Source: a bacterium (GTDB lineage: Bacteria; SAR324; XYD2-FULL-50-16; G965216635). Taken from it: 64,000 bases of DNA. The position numbers and the translations under genes are program-made. The notes beneath the pieces were generated by a model that did not search any database, was not told the origin of the DNA, and saw only the letters and a program-made list of their open reading frames with translations. The DNA is taken from contig OZ244188.1 in assembly GCA_965216635.1 (NCBI GenBank), forward strand, positions 288,001 to 352,000, given 5' to 3'. Below, piece by piece: positions 52,110-61,943 of this stretch; positions within the stretch are counted from its first letter, which is position 1, and each line of letters begins with the position of its first letter.

Positions 52110-52218
52110 AAATTCCTGTATGAATTCTGATTAAGAAAACTTCTGAAAATTTTATTTTTATAAGGAAAGGAAAAAAAGATTATTACTTGATTAAGGTTGG
52201 ACAATAATTAAAAAACCT

Positions 52219-52261
52219 GTAGGGGATGTTTTTTTTTCAACGAAAAAAATAACGTCCCCGC
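52219..52261. repeat. GTAG-type hairpin after OMP1 (same at 53857-53899)
   Basis: GTAGGGGATGTTTTTTTTTC..GAAAAAAATAACGTCCCCGC. Confidence 0.6.
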
Positions 52262-52439
52262 AAAAACCAGAGACCAGAAACCAGAGAGTCTCTACTTTTG
52301 CTGTTTGCTAAAAGGTTTCAAACAAGGTAAATTTTTAAAAAAAAGGTATAAAGCAAAACTTATAAAACTTGACTTTATTGTAAAATTTTAATATCTATAG
52401 GCTACAGAATTTTGTTTTTAACTCTCATTAAATATTATA

Positions 52440-53747
52440 ATGAAAAATTCAAAAAGAGCTTTCAAAGGGAGCATAAAGCAAATGCCTCTTAAAAATTATA
52501 AGGCAAAAGTAGCTCCCGCTGGTTTTCAGGGGGCTGGTTTTTGTGGGGCTGGTTCTTTTAGGGCGGGATTACTAGTAGGTGCGATTTTGTTGAGTTCACT
52601 ATTTGTAGGGGTGGGTAGCTTAAAAGCACAAGAAGTAAAACAAGCAAGACAGCTGGGCTGGTTTGTGGGTGTTAGTCCTTTTGTTTCGGGTTTTGAGATA
52701 ACGACAGAAACTAGCAATATTAGGAGAACAACAACAAAAAAGGAGGTATCTGCAGATATTGTTACAGGAGCTAGCAATAACTATGCAGGTGCAATATTTG
52801 ATACTACGCTAGATGGTATTTCTTTATTTCAAAATGGCATTAAAAATATGTCTGTGTGGAGCGGTCATCCAAATAATCTCAGCGAAGCGTCACGGGATGA
52901 GGGAATTAACGTTGTTATAGACATTTGTAAGCAAGGAGGTGTGGGTAGTGAAACTAGGCTCTTTTCTTTGGATGCAACTCGTGGAACACAAAATGAGTTC
53001 CAGTCAAATTTCTTTGAATTGATTAATCAAGAAAGAGGTAATTTTTGTAGAAACACATTTTCCGAGCTAGATTCTGGTAGTATTGGTGACACGGACACAA
53101 CTAGCACTAGATTTGTTGCTGATGCTCCTACTATTTCTAGTCCCAATTTTTCTCGGACTGATTCACTAGGTGGCTATGGAATCCTGTTTGGTTACAACTT
53201 GGAAAAATGGGGAGTCTCTTTGCAGTATTACGCTTTAACAGAAGGAAACAACAGGCTCAACTCTGTAATTGCGGTTGCGAATTATTTTCTGCCCTACGGG
53301 TTTTCTGTAGGCGCTGGTTTGGCTAATTTGACTTTGGATACTGACTTAGGTTCAGCGTCCAAAACAGCTCCAGCGGTACAGCTTGGTTACGACTACTCCA
53401 TAACCAAAAACCTTTCCGTGCAAGCAGGTGCTCTTTGGTCTGGAAGCTCTCTTTCAGTAGAAAAAAATGTTGTAGTCTCAACAACGCCAACCTACGAAAT
53501 AGTATTAGATGAAGCCACGATTTCTGATGAAAAGGAAAATTCTTTGGTAGTTGGAATCACCACCCCAGATAACTATCTTTTTGGGAATAATTCCCCAGAC
53601 AATAGGATAAAGGTTACCAGAACGCAAACAATAACGGGAATTAGAAGAGCCAATGTGCGAAGCACAACCACCAATACAGAGCATCGTGTAATCAAGGTGA
53701 AATCCACGAATGCTATTTATATCCGCTTCGTGCTTCGCTTTAAATAG
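52440..53747 (+). CDS. Outer-membrane beta-barrel protein, paralogue 2
   Basis: Barrel segments near-identical to paralogue 1, divergent inserts. Confidence 0.7.
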   Translation: MKNSKRAFKGSIKQMPLKNYKAKVAPAGFQGAGFCGAGSFRAGLLVGAILLSSLFVGVGSLKAQEVKQARQLGWFVGVSPFVSGFEITTETSNIRRTTTKKEVSADIVTGASNNYAGAIFDTTLDGISLFQNGIKNMSVWSGHPNNLSEASRDEGINVVIDICKQGGVGSETRLFSLDATRGTQNEFQSNFFELINQERGNFCRNTFSELDSGSIGDTDTTSTRFVADAPTISSPNFSRTDSLGGYGILFGYNLEKWGVSLQYYALTEGNNRLNSVIAVANYFLPYGFSVGAGLANLTLDTDLGSASKTAPAVQLGYDYSITKNLSVQAGALWSGSSLSVEKNVVVSTTPTYEIVLDEATISDEKENSLVVGITTPDNYLFGNNSPDNRIKVTRTQTITGIRRANVRSTTTNTEHRVIKVKSTNAIYIRFVLRFK

Positions 53748-54068
53748 AAATTCCTGTATGAATTCTGATTAAGAAAACTTCTGAAAATTTTATCTTTATA
53801 AGGAAAGGAAAAAAAGATTATTACTTGATTAAGGTAAGACAATAATTAAAAAACCTGTAGGGGATGTTTTTTTTTCAACGAAAAAAATAACGTCCCCGCA
53901 AAAACACCTTACCTTTTTAAATGAGGACACATTTTTACCCAAAATGGTTGCTTAGTCAACCATTTGGAGCAAAAAAAATGTCCCCAGCAATCAATTTGGT
54001 TTTTTTATTTGTTTTTAGCTATCCTTTATAAAGTTTTGTTTTTTAACCTTTAAATAATAAATTATATT

Positions 54069-55289
54069 ATGAAATCTATAAATATTAGATTGAACTTGGT
54101 TGTATTGAAATCGGTTGTTTTGCCCCTTATATTTACAGCGGCATTTTTGTTTTTCTATGCAGGGGTGGGTAGTTTAAAAGCCCAAGAAGGAAAACAAGCA
54201 AGACAGCTGGGTTGGTTTGTGGGGGTTAGTCCTTTTGTTTCGGGTTTTGAGATAACGACAGAAACTAGCAATATTAGGGAAACAACAACAAAAGAGGAGG
54301 TATCTGCAGATATTGAAATCACAGCAGTGAGCAATAGCTATGCAGGTGCAATATTTGATGTTTCACTAGATAATGTTTCTGTTTATCGGATAAGGGTTTT
54401 AAACGGTGAGCCTATAAATCAGAATGATAGCCGTAATACTGGGCCAAATGATCGCGACGCAACGCAAAGAACTGAGGCAATCACCGCTGCTATAGACGGA
54501 TGTAAAGATGATATTTCTTTTTCTATCTTCAGTGTGGATGCAACTCGTGGAACATACACTACCATTAGTCGGAATCCCGGTGTGTGTAAAAAAGAATTTG
54601 ATAAACTAGATTTTGGTAGAATTGGTGACGTGAGAGCAATTAGCCCTAGAGATGTTGATGACGCTCCTACTATTTCTAGCCCCAATTTTTCTCGGACTGA
54701 TTCGCTAGGTGGTTACGGAATCCTGTTTGGTTACAACTTGGAAAAATGGGGAGTCTCTTTGCAGTACTACGCTTTAACAGAAGGAAACAACAGGCTCAAC
54801 TCTGTAATTGCGGTTGCGAATTATTTTCTGCCCTACGGGTTTTCTGTAGGCGCTGGTTTGGCTAATTTGGCTTTGGATACTGACTTAGGTTCAACGTCCA
54901 AAACAGCTCCAGCGGTACAGTTTGGTTACGCCTACTCCATAACCAAAAACCTTTCCGTGCAAGCGGGTGCTCTTTGGTCTGGAAGCTCTCTTTCAGTAGA
55001 AAAAAATGTTGTAGTCTCAACAACAACACCAACCTACGAAATAGTATCTGATGAAGCCGCGAATACTGATACAAAGAAAAATTCTTTGGTAGTTGGAATC
55101 TCCAACCCAGACAATTTTATCAACGGAGATAATGTTGGAGACAATAGGATAGAGGTTACCCGAACGCAAACAATAACGGAAACTAGAAGAGGCAATGTGC
55201 GAAGCACAACCACCAATACAGAGCATCGTGCAATCAAGGTGAAATCCACGAATGCTATTTATATCCGCTTCGTGCTTCGCTTTTTTTAA
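54069..55289 (+). CDS. Outer-membrane beta-barrel protein, paralogue 3
   Basis: Different signal peptide, same barrel segments, ends RFF. Confidence 0.7.
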   Translation: MKSINIRLNLVVLKSVVLPLIFTAAFLFFYAGVGSLKAQEGKQARQLGWFVGVSPFVSGFEITTETSNIRETTTKEEVSADIEITAVSNSYAGAIFDVSLDNVSVYRIRVLNGEPINQNDSRNTGPNDRDATQRTEAITAAIDGCKDDISFSIFSVDATRGTYTTISRNPGVCKKEFDKLDFGRIGDVRAISPRDVDDAPTISSPNFSRTDSLGGYGILFGYNLEKWGVSLQYYALTEGNNRLNSVIAVANYFLPYGFSVGAGLANLALDTDLGSTSKTAPAVQFGYAYSITKNLSVQAGALWSGSSLSVEKNVVVSTTTPTYEIVSDEAANTDTKKNSLVVGISNPDNFINGDNVGDNRIEVTRTQTITETRRGNVRSTTTNTEHRAIKVKSTNAIYIRFVLRFF

Positions 55290-55485
55290 AAATCTGTAGA
55301 GAAAAAACCCTGAGTAGAGACTAGAGAGTCTCTACTCTTGCTATTTGTAGCCCTTTGATCTATAATGCTAGTTCAAAGGTTTCAGGCGAGATAATTTTTT
55401 TTTTATGTAGTAAAGATGCACATTAACCTTAATTTTTATTCTTAATTTTTATCCTTAATTTTTATTAGGAAATTTAAAAACTATT

Positions 55486-56589
55486 ATGCAAAAAATTCCT
55501 CAATACGCTAATATTTCATTGTTTTTTTTGGGACTCAATTTTTTTCTTTTTCTTTTTTCTCCGTCTTTTGCTAACTATTCTTTAGTTGCTTTGGTTGTAT
55601 GGTTATTGGCAAGTTTTTATTATCAAGAGATACCTGCGAATTACAGAAATATCTATCCTTATGGAATTTGTAGTCTTTTTGTTGTTTTAGGTGCTTCTAT
55701 CTTAAGAAATCAGGCTTGGGACTCGTTTGCTCTTTTCATCCCGTTTGTTATTCCTTTGATCATTTTTTGGCTGACTATTTCTTTGCAGGTAAAAGATTAT
55801 TCTAAAGGGTTGCTTGTTCTCTGTGTGTTATATATCTTACTCTATGTGCATCAAACTTTTTTAATTACCCCCATTATTTTGATATCTGATATTTCGTTTG
55901 ATGATTTTTTTCCTATTCTTTTAGTTTTTTTCCCCATATTTTTAACGGGAATCTTAAAAAGAAAAATGCTTTATAGTTTTTTTTGGAAGCCGGTGCACAT
56001 TATTCTTGCGATCTGTTTGTTTTTAATACTGCTCTCTAGTTTTGAAGTTGTAATTTGGCTACTTCTATTATATTCCTTTCTATTAGTAGGAGCTCCTAGA
56101 ATGTATAGGTTTGGTTTGACTACTCTTATTTCCTTTTGGGTGGTTGTTTTTTTCATTTCTTTGATCTGGGGCAATATCAATTTATCTGGAACAGTTTATA
56201 ACGATATAACAGGGATGTTTCAACTATGGAAATTTGACTTTATAGAAAATTTTAGCTGGCTTGGGGTTGGAGAATGGGTACGAGATGGTAAAAATACTTA
56301 CCACCAGTTTTATTTAAGTTTTGGCTTTTGGGGACTCTTCTTTTATCTGCTTCTTATTGCAGGTTTTCTTGTAGCAGTATTTTCTACAGCGATCAGACAA
56401 TACGCTCGAGATAAAAATGAAAATCATATTCTGTGGGGTTTTGTTTCCTCTGTCATTTTATTTTTATTGCTCTGTACTTTTAAGAAAGATTTTATTAGCC
56501 TAGCTAGTTTTTATTTAATAATGGGTTTTTGGGGATTTGCTTTAGGCTTTATTAATATAGTAAGAGGCTTAAAGAAAAATAGAGTTTAG
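55486..56589 (+). CDS. Polytopic membrane protein (O-antigen ligase/polymerase-like topology, unconfirmed)
   Basis: About 10-11 hydrophobic segments; WLGVG...NTYHQ..GFWG resembles Wzy_C. Confidence 0.45.
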   Translation: MQKIPQYANISLFFLGLNFFLFLFSPSFANYSLVALVVWLLASFYYQEIPANYRNIYPYGICSLFVVLGASILRNQAWDSFALFIPFVIPLIIFWLTISLQVKDYSKGLLVLCVLYILLYVHQTFLITPIILISDISFDDFFPILLVFFPIFLTGILKRKMLYSFFWKPVHIILAICLFLILLSSFEVVIWLLLLYSFLLVGAPRMYRFGLTTLISFWVVVFFISLIWGNINLSGTVYNDITGMFQLWKFDFIENFSWLGVGEWVRDGKNTYHQFYLSFGFWGLFFYLLLIAGFLVAVFSTAIRQYARDKNENHILWGFVSSVILFLLLCTFKKDFISLASFYLIMGFWGFALGFINIVRGLKKNRV

Positions 56590-57510
56590 ATGCTACACTT
56601 ACTAGATTGGAAAGACTGGCAAACTTCTGTATTGCATTATTTGTTGGGTTTAAGCCATAAAATCAAAAGATCTCCTCAAGACTACACCCAAGCAATGAAG
56701 CATAAAAATTTGCTTATGCTTTTTGAAAAAACTTCTACCAGAACTCGCACTTCCTTTGAAGTAGCTATGAACCAAATGGGAGGAGATGCTATTTTCATGG
56801 ATCCAGAACATTCCCAAATATCCAAAACAAAACTTCGTTATGAGACTGCTTCTATTTCTGGCTACTGTGATTTTATTTTGGCTCGCTTAAAAAGCCACGA
56901 GAGTCTTCTAGAAATGTCACAAGTATCCGAAGTTTCTGTTATCAATGGCTGTTGCGACCGCTATCATCCCTGTCAAACCTTAGCAGATATTATGACCATC
57001 AGTGAATACAAGAAAAATTTAGACGAAGTAAAGTTAGTCTATACAGGTATTTATAATAATGTAGCAAACTCGCTTGTGTCGCTTGCAAACCACTTTAAGA
57101 TCAAACTTACCTTAGTTTGTCCAGCAGACGATGGGGAAATTATAGACAAGGAGCAGAGAGAGCTTGCCTTAAAAAATAATATTCTTACAGAGACAGAAAA
57201 TTTGAGTGAGGCAGTAGCTACAGCGGATTTTGTTTATACAGATACTTGGCTTGATATGGAATTTTTTAGCGATCCAAAAAAACAAGATCTATGGGAAAAA
57301 AGAAAAAATACTATGCTAAAATATCAACTCAATCGCTCGCTTTTAAAAAATTCTAAGGCTTGGATTATGCACGATATGCCAATACACGCAGGCTACGAGA
57401 TAGAAGCGGAACTAGTAGAATCTGAAAACTCTATTATCTACCAGCAGAGCAAAAACCGCCTTTACGCTCAAAAAGCGATTCTTTGCTATTTATTGGAAAC
57501 TAAAAACTAA
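56590..57510 (+). CDS. argF: Ornithine carbamoyltransferase
   Basis: FEKTSTRTR, HPCQTLAD, YTDTW, MHDMP. Confidence 0.88.
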   Translation: MLHLLDWKDWQTSVLHYLLGLSHKIKRSPQDYTQAMKHKNLLMLFEKTSTRTRTSFEVAMNQMGGDAIFMDPEHSQISKTKLRYETASISGYCDFILARLKSHESLLEMSQVSEVSVINGCCDRYHPCQTLADIMTISEYKKNLDEVKLVYTGIYNNVANSLVSLANHFKIKLTLVCPADDGEIIDKEQRELALKNNILTETENLSEAVATADFVYTDTWLDMEFFSDPKKQDLWEKRKNTMLKYQLNRSLLKNSKAWIMHDMPIHAGYEIEAELVESENSIIYQQSKNRLYAQKAILCYLLETKN

Positions 57511-57636
57511 AAACCAGAAACGAAAAACCAGAAACGAAAAACCAGAAAGGGATTTTTTTTAGAGTGGAAAAGGGTTTGCTTTTTTTTAGAATTTATTTTA
57601 AATGCAAACTAATTATTTAATTTATTCAATCATATT

Positions 57637-57999
57637 ATGAGTCATACAGTTTATATTATTCTCCACCTAGTAGGTGCTTTCTTTGTTGTCTTTGCTTTAG
57701 GCGGAAGCCTGTTGCAAGCTATCAATACTGGAAATAGGAATTTTAAGTTTAAGAAAGCTATCGCATCCATTCACGGCATCGGGTTGTTATTACTTTTAGT
57801 TGCGGGGTTTGGCTTAATTACAAAAAATGGCTATTTTCCTATACCTATTTGGGTTTGGATAAAAATTATCATTTGGGGATTTTACGCTATTGTTAGTGGT
57901 TTAGCTTTTAAGAAGGCAGAAAAAAGCAGTTTGCTTTGGGTGATTACACTACTACTTTTTATAGTCGTGATTATACTAGCCAAGTTAAAGCCTTTTTAA
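57637..57999 (+). CDS. Small 4-TM membrane protein (SirB2-like)
   Basis: LHLVG, HGIGLLLLLVAGF, W.WIKI, terminal KPF. Confidence 0.6.
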   Translation: MSHTVYIILHLVGAFFVVFALGGSLLQAINTGNRNFKFKKAIASIHGIGLLLLLVAGFGLITKNGYFPIPIWVWIKIIIWGFYAIVSGLAFKKAEKSSLLWVITLLLFIVVIILAKLKPF

Positions 58000-58003
58000 T
58001 GAA

Positions 58004-58345
58004 ATGGAGAATATAGATTTAGCTAAAATAGCAGAACTAGCCTATCTAGAAATCCAAGAATCAGAAAAAGAAAAGCTCACCCAAAAATTAAAACAGGTTA
58101 TTGAGTATGTTGGAAAAATTAAAGAATTGGATTTTTCTGTTACATCCAAAGAAAACCTAGAACCTACCAGCGCCTTAAAGCCCAAAATAGCCGAGCCCAA
58201 AATAGCCGAGCCAGCTATAGTAGAACCAGTGAGACTTAGAGCAGATAAGCCTCAAAAAACGCAAATAGATATTACGACTTTAAGCAATTCAACAGAAAAT
58301 GGTTGTTTTAAAGTCCCTAAAGTTATCAAAAATTTTGAAAACTAA
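58004..58345 (+). CDS. gatC: Asp/Glu-tRNA amidotransferase subunit C
   Basis: KIAELAYLE, YVGKIKELD, LRAD, FKVPKVI. Confidence 0.8.
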   Translation: MENIDLAKIAELAYLEIQESEKEKLTQKLKQVIEYVGKIKELDFSVTSKENLEPTSALKPKIAEPKIAEPAIVEPVRLRADKPQKTQIDITTLSNSTENGCFKVPKVIKNFEN

Positions 58346-59363
58346 AGAACTGAATTCTAAACTTTGCTGGCAGAATTTTTCTATATCTCTCGCTCCTTTT
58401 GAAAAATGGATCATCACTATCGGTAATTTTGATGGTATTCATTTAGGGCATTTATTTTTGCTTAAGCAATTAAAAAACCTTGCTAAAGAAAAAAAACTCA
58501 ATAGTGGAGTTGTAAGTTTTTCCCCCCATCCCCAGAAAATACTTTCTCAAAAAAAAATCTATGAAATCTATGGATACCAGCGCAAAAAAGAGCTGTTAGC
58601 AAATACAGAAATTCATTCCCTTTTTATCATTGGTTTTGATGAGTTGTTATCAAAAACTTCTGCTGAAGATTTTATTCAGTTTTTAATCCAAAAAATACCT
58701 ATTCAGTGTTTTTTAATAGGCTATGATTTTTCTTTTGGTAAAAATAGACAAGGCAATGTTGATTTAATTAAAAAAGTAGTAAAAAAAAAAAATATTGAAG
58801 TGGTTTTAGTACCGCCGCACCTTTCAAAAAAACAGATTGTTTCTAGCTCGTGTGTTCGGCAACTCCTACAAAAAGGAGATTTTCAAGAGGCAGCAACTCA
58901 GTTAGGTTTGCCTTGGCACTTAAAAGGAGAGGTATGCGAAGGAAAAAAGATGGGTGTGAAATTAGGATTTCCTACAATCAATCTAAAATTAGACTTTATT
59001 CCTCCTTTAAAAATAGGAGTTTATGTTGTAAAGGTGAGAGTAAGGGATAAATGGTACGATGCTGTAGCTAATTATGGATTCGCACCTACTATAAAAAAAG
59101 CCATATATTTTGATGATCCAGTAAAAACAGATAAGTCTTTTTTTCAGCAAGCAATTTTAGAATGCCATCTTTTTGATTTTAATGAAAATATTTATCATCA
59201 TAAAGTGCTTGTCTGTCCTTTAAAATTTTTAAGGAATGAGTTAAAATTTACTCAATTAGAGTTTTTGAAAACCCAAATTCAAAAAGATAAGGAAAGTGCA
59301 GAGAATTTTTTTCAAAAAGATTTTATTTTTTCTCTTAAAGAGTTTAATAGTATACCTAACTAA
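58299..59363 (+). CDS. ribF: Bifunctional riboflavin kinase / FAD synthetase
   Basis: TIGNFDGIHLGH, GYDFSFG, LGFPTIN, ECHLFDF, FLRNELKF; start uncertain. Confidence 0.93.
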   Translation: MVVLKSLKLSKILKTKELNSKLCWQNFSISLAPFEKWIITIGNFDGIHLGHLFLLKQLKNLAKEKKLNSGVVSFSPHPQKILSQKKIYEIYGYQRKKELLANTEIHSLFIIGFDELLSKTSAEDFIQFLIQKIPIQCFLIGYDFSFGKNRQGNVDLIKKVVKKKNIEVVLVPPHLSKKQIVSSSCVRQLLQKGDFQEAATQLGLPWHLKGEVCEGKKMGVKLGFPTINLKLDFIPPLKIGVYVVKVRVRDKWYDAVANYGFAPTIKKAIYFDDPVKTDKSFFQQAILECHLFDFNENIYHHKVLVCPLKFLRNELKFTQLEFLKTQIQKDKESAENFFQKDFIFSLKEFNSIPN

Positions 59364-59377
59364 AATAGAAACAAACT

Positions 59378-60100
59378 ATGCCAATACATATCAAAGCCGA
59401 AAAAGAGCAATTATCTCCTCTTGTTATAGTACCGGGGGATCCCGATAGGAGTAAGTATATTGCAGAAAATTATCTAGAGGAAGTAAAGTGCTACACGCAA
59501 TACAGACAACTTCTTGGCTATACTGGAAAGTATAAAGGGGTTCCTATTTCTGTGCAAACTACAGGGATGGGGGTGCCTAGCTGCATGATTGTGTGCGAAG
59601 AATTGGTTATGTTAGGAGCAACACACATCATCCGTATAGGAACTTGTGGAGGGTTGCAACCCTTTTTGAAACTCGGTAGCAGTATTATTGCGACTTCAGC
59701 TTGGGGCAGTAAATCCACAGTGGCTAGAATTGTAGAAAACGAAAACTATTGTCCTACATCCGATTTTGCTACTCTTTTAGAACTTTATTCCCAAGTAAAA
59801 GATAAAAATAATACTCATTTAGGATCTATCACTACTGAAGCATTGTTTTATCAAGAATTAGAAACCTATCTTCACCCGCTTGGTAAATTAGGTTGTTTAG
59901 CAGTAGAAATGGAAGCAGCAGGATTATTCGCACTAGGCGCTAAGCATAATATAAAAACAGCCTGTATTTTAACAGTTTCCGATTTAGTCTACTCTGGGGC
60001 GTTAGAGAGGGCTAGTGAAGAAAAAATTTTAGAGGGAGTGGAAATAAACACTCAGGTTGTGTTGGATGCTTTATATTCTATAAGCAAAAAAAATAAATAG
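59378..60100 (+). CDS. deoD: Purine nucleoside phosphorylase (DeoD type)
   Basis: PGDPDR, TGMGVPS, IRIGTCG, AVEMEAA, TVSD. Confidence 0.85.
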   Translation: MPIHIKAEKEQLSPLVIVPGDPDRSKYIAENYLEEVKCYTQYRQLLGYTGKYKGVPISVQTTGMGVPSCMIVCEELVMLGATHIIRIGTCGGLQPFLKLGSSIIATSAWGSKSTVARIVENENYCPTSDFATLLELYSQVKDKNNTHLGSITTEALFYQELETYLHPLGKLGCLAVEMEAAGLFALGAKHNIKTACILTVSDLVYSGALERASEEKILEGVEINTQVVLDALYSISKKNK

Positions 60101-60102
60101 TT

Positions 60103-61668
60103 ATGGAAATTAAAGAACTAGGCATGCAAGTGCCAGATGAAACCTATAATTTAGAACAAGCTAGATTAATAGAAGAAGCTATTATCAACAAAGAATGTCA
60201 ATTGGGACCAGAAGGAGTTTTATTGGCAAATACAGGTAAATACACAGGGCGTTCTCCAAAAGATCGCTTTCTAGTGGATGAGAAAAGCTCTAATGATAAA
60301 ATTGCTTGGGGTAAGATTAATCAAAAAATTTCTAAGGAAAATTTTGATAAACTCTTAGCGCTGGCAGTGAATTATTCCAAAAAACACAAACTCTATACTA
60401 CAGACTGTTTTTGCGGTGCTGATAAGAGATATAGAATAAAAGTGAGGTTTATTACAGAATTTGTTTGGCATAGTATCTTTGTGAGAAATATGTTTTTAAG
60501 AGCTGATAGAAAAGAATTTGAAAAAGTAAAAACGGATTTTACTGTTTTAAATGTGAGCAATTTAGTAGCAGCTGAACCTGAAAAATACGGGCTTCACAGT
60601 GAGGTTTTTATTGTTTTTGATATAGAAAAAAAAATAGGAATTATTGGAGGCACACAGTATAGCGGAGAAATGAAAAAAGGAATTTTTTCCTTTATGAATT
60701 ACTATTTGCCACAAGAAGGTGTTTTTCCTATGCACTGCTCGGCTAACAAAGGTATCAGGGGAGATGTAGCCTTGTTTTTTGGATTGTCTGGAACGGGCAA
60801 AACAACTATTTCTTCTGATCCAGAAAGACAACTGATAGGAGATGACGAACACGGTTGGTCTGAAGAAGGTATTTTTAATTTTGAAGGAGGCTGTTATGCT
60901 AAAACGATTGAGCTATCTCCTATCAAAGAGCCTGCTATATGCAATGCTCTGAGGTATGGCGCAATTTTAGAAAATGTGGTTTATGACCCAGATACCCGTA
61001 GAATCAATTATGACGACGACAGTATTACAGAAAATACTAGAGCCTCTTATCCTGTTTATCTAATAGATAAGGTGGTTTTCTCAGGTAGAGGGGGGCATCC
61101 CAAAAATATTATTTTTCTCACAGCAGATGCTTTTGGGGTTTTACCTCCAGTGGCTCATTTGACCACAGAACAGGCTATCTATCATTTTTTGAGTGGTTAT
61201 ACTTCTAAAGTAGCAGGTACAGAAAGAGGGATTTTAGAACCACAGGCTACTTTTTCTGCTTGTTTTGGAGAACCTTTTATGGTTTTAGAACCTAAGGTTT
61301 ATGGGGACCTACTAGCAAAAAAAATCAAAGAAAATCATTGTAATGTGTTCTTGGTAAATACTGGTTGGTGTGGTGGGAAATATGGAGTGGGACATAGAAT
61401 AGATTTAGATGTTACTCGCCATATTGTCTATGATATTCTTAATGAAAGTATACAGAGTTTAGAATATAGAATAGACGACATTTTTGGATTTGAAGTTCCT
61501 AAAAGTCTACCGGCTATTGATTCTAGATTATTGGATCCTGTGAAGCTATGGAAAGATAAAGTAGAATTTAAGAAGACAAAAGAAAATTTAGCAAAAATGT
61601 TTATAGAAAATTTCAATCGGTTTGGGAATTCTTTAGAAGATATAAAAGCTCATGGGCCCCATCTTTAA
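60103..61668 (+). CDS. pckA: Phosphoenolpyruvate carboxykinase (ATP)
   Basis: TGRSPKD, GLSGTGKT, LIGDDEHGW, EGGCYAK, TENTR. Confidence 0.96.
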   Translation: MEIKELGMQVPDETYNLEQARLIEEAIINKECQLGPEGVLLANTGKYTGRSPKDRFLVDEKSSNDKIAWGKINQKISKENFDKLLALAVNYSKKHKLYTTDCFCGADKRYRIKVRFITEFVWHSIFVRNMFLRADRKEFEKVKTDFTVLNVSNLVAAEPEKYGLHSEVFIVFDIEKKIGIIGGTQYSGEMKKGIFSFMNYYLPQEGVFPMHCSANKGIRGDVALFFGLSGTGKTTISSDPERQLIGDDEHGWSEEGIFNFEGGCYAKTIELSPIKEPAICNALRYGAILENVVYDPDTRRINYDDDSITENTRASYPVYLIDKVVFSGRGGHPKNIIFLTADAFGVLPPVAHLTTEQAIYHFLSGYTSKVAGTERGILEPQATFSACFGEPFMVLEPKVYGDLLAKKIKENHCNVFLVNTGWCGGKYGVGHRIDLDVTRHIVYDILNESIQSLEYRIDDIFGFEVPKSLPAIDSRLLDPVKLWKDKVEFKKTKENLAKMFIENFNRFGNSLEDIKAHGPHL

Positions 61669-61685
61669 TTAATGTATGACTTAAC

Positions 61686-61922
61686 GAGACTATTGAATTA
61701 GACATTCTAGTTCAGCAAAACAGGCTTACTGCGTTCACTTTATACAGGATATAGTAAAAGAGCCACTGGCTCTCTTATTCCAATCTACAGGCATTTCACT
61801 TTTGCTAAATGCAAATTATAGAGTGCCCTAGTACAATTATTGTGGCACTACGATATTCCTCTTGAGTAAAAAATTTTTGCGCCTTGTTTAGCTTTCCTAT
61901 AATGCTAAAGTTTAACAGTCTC
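61686..61922. mobile_element. Degenerate MITE copy
   Basis: GAGACTATTGAATTAG...TTTAACAGTCTC; TTAAC / TTAAC flanks; internal GTAAAAGAGCCACTGGCTCT and CACTACGATATTCC. Confidence 0.7.
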
Positions 61923-61943
61923 TTAACAATCTCAAAATATCTT

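Noticed and set aside
55348..55384. Possible tiny MITE remnant (CCCTTTGA...TTCAAAGGTTTC)
   Set aside because: Too short and degenerate, with no clear target duplication
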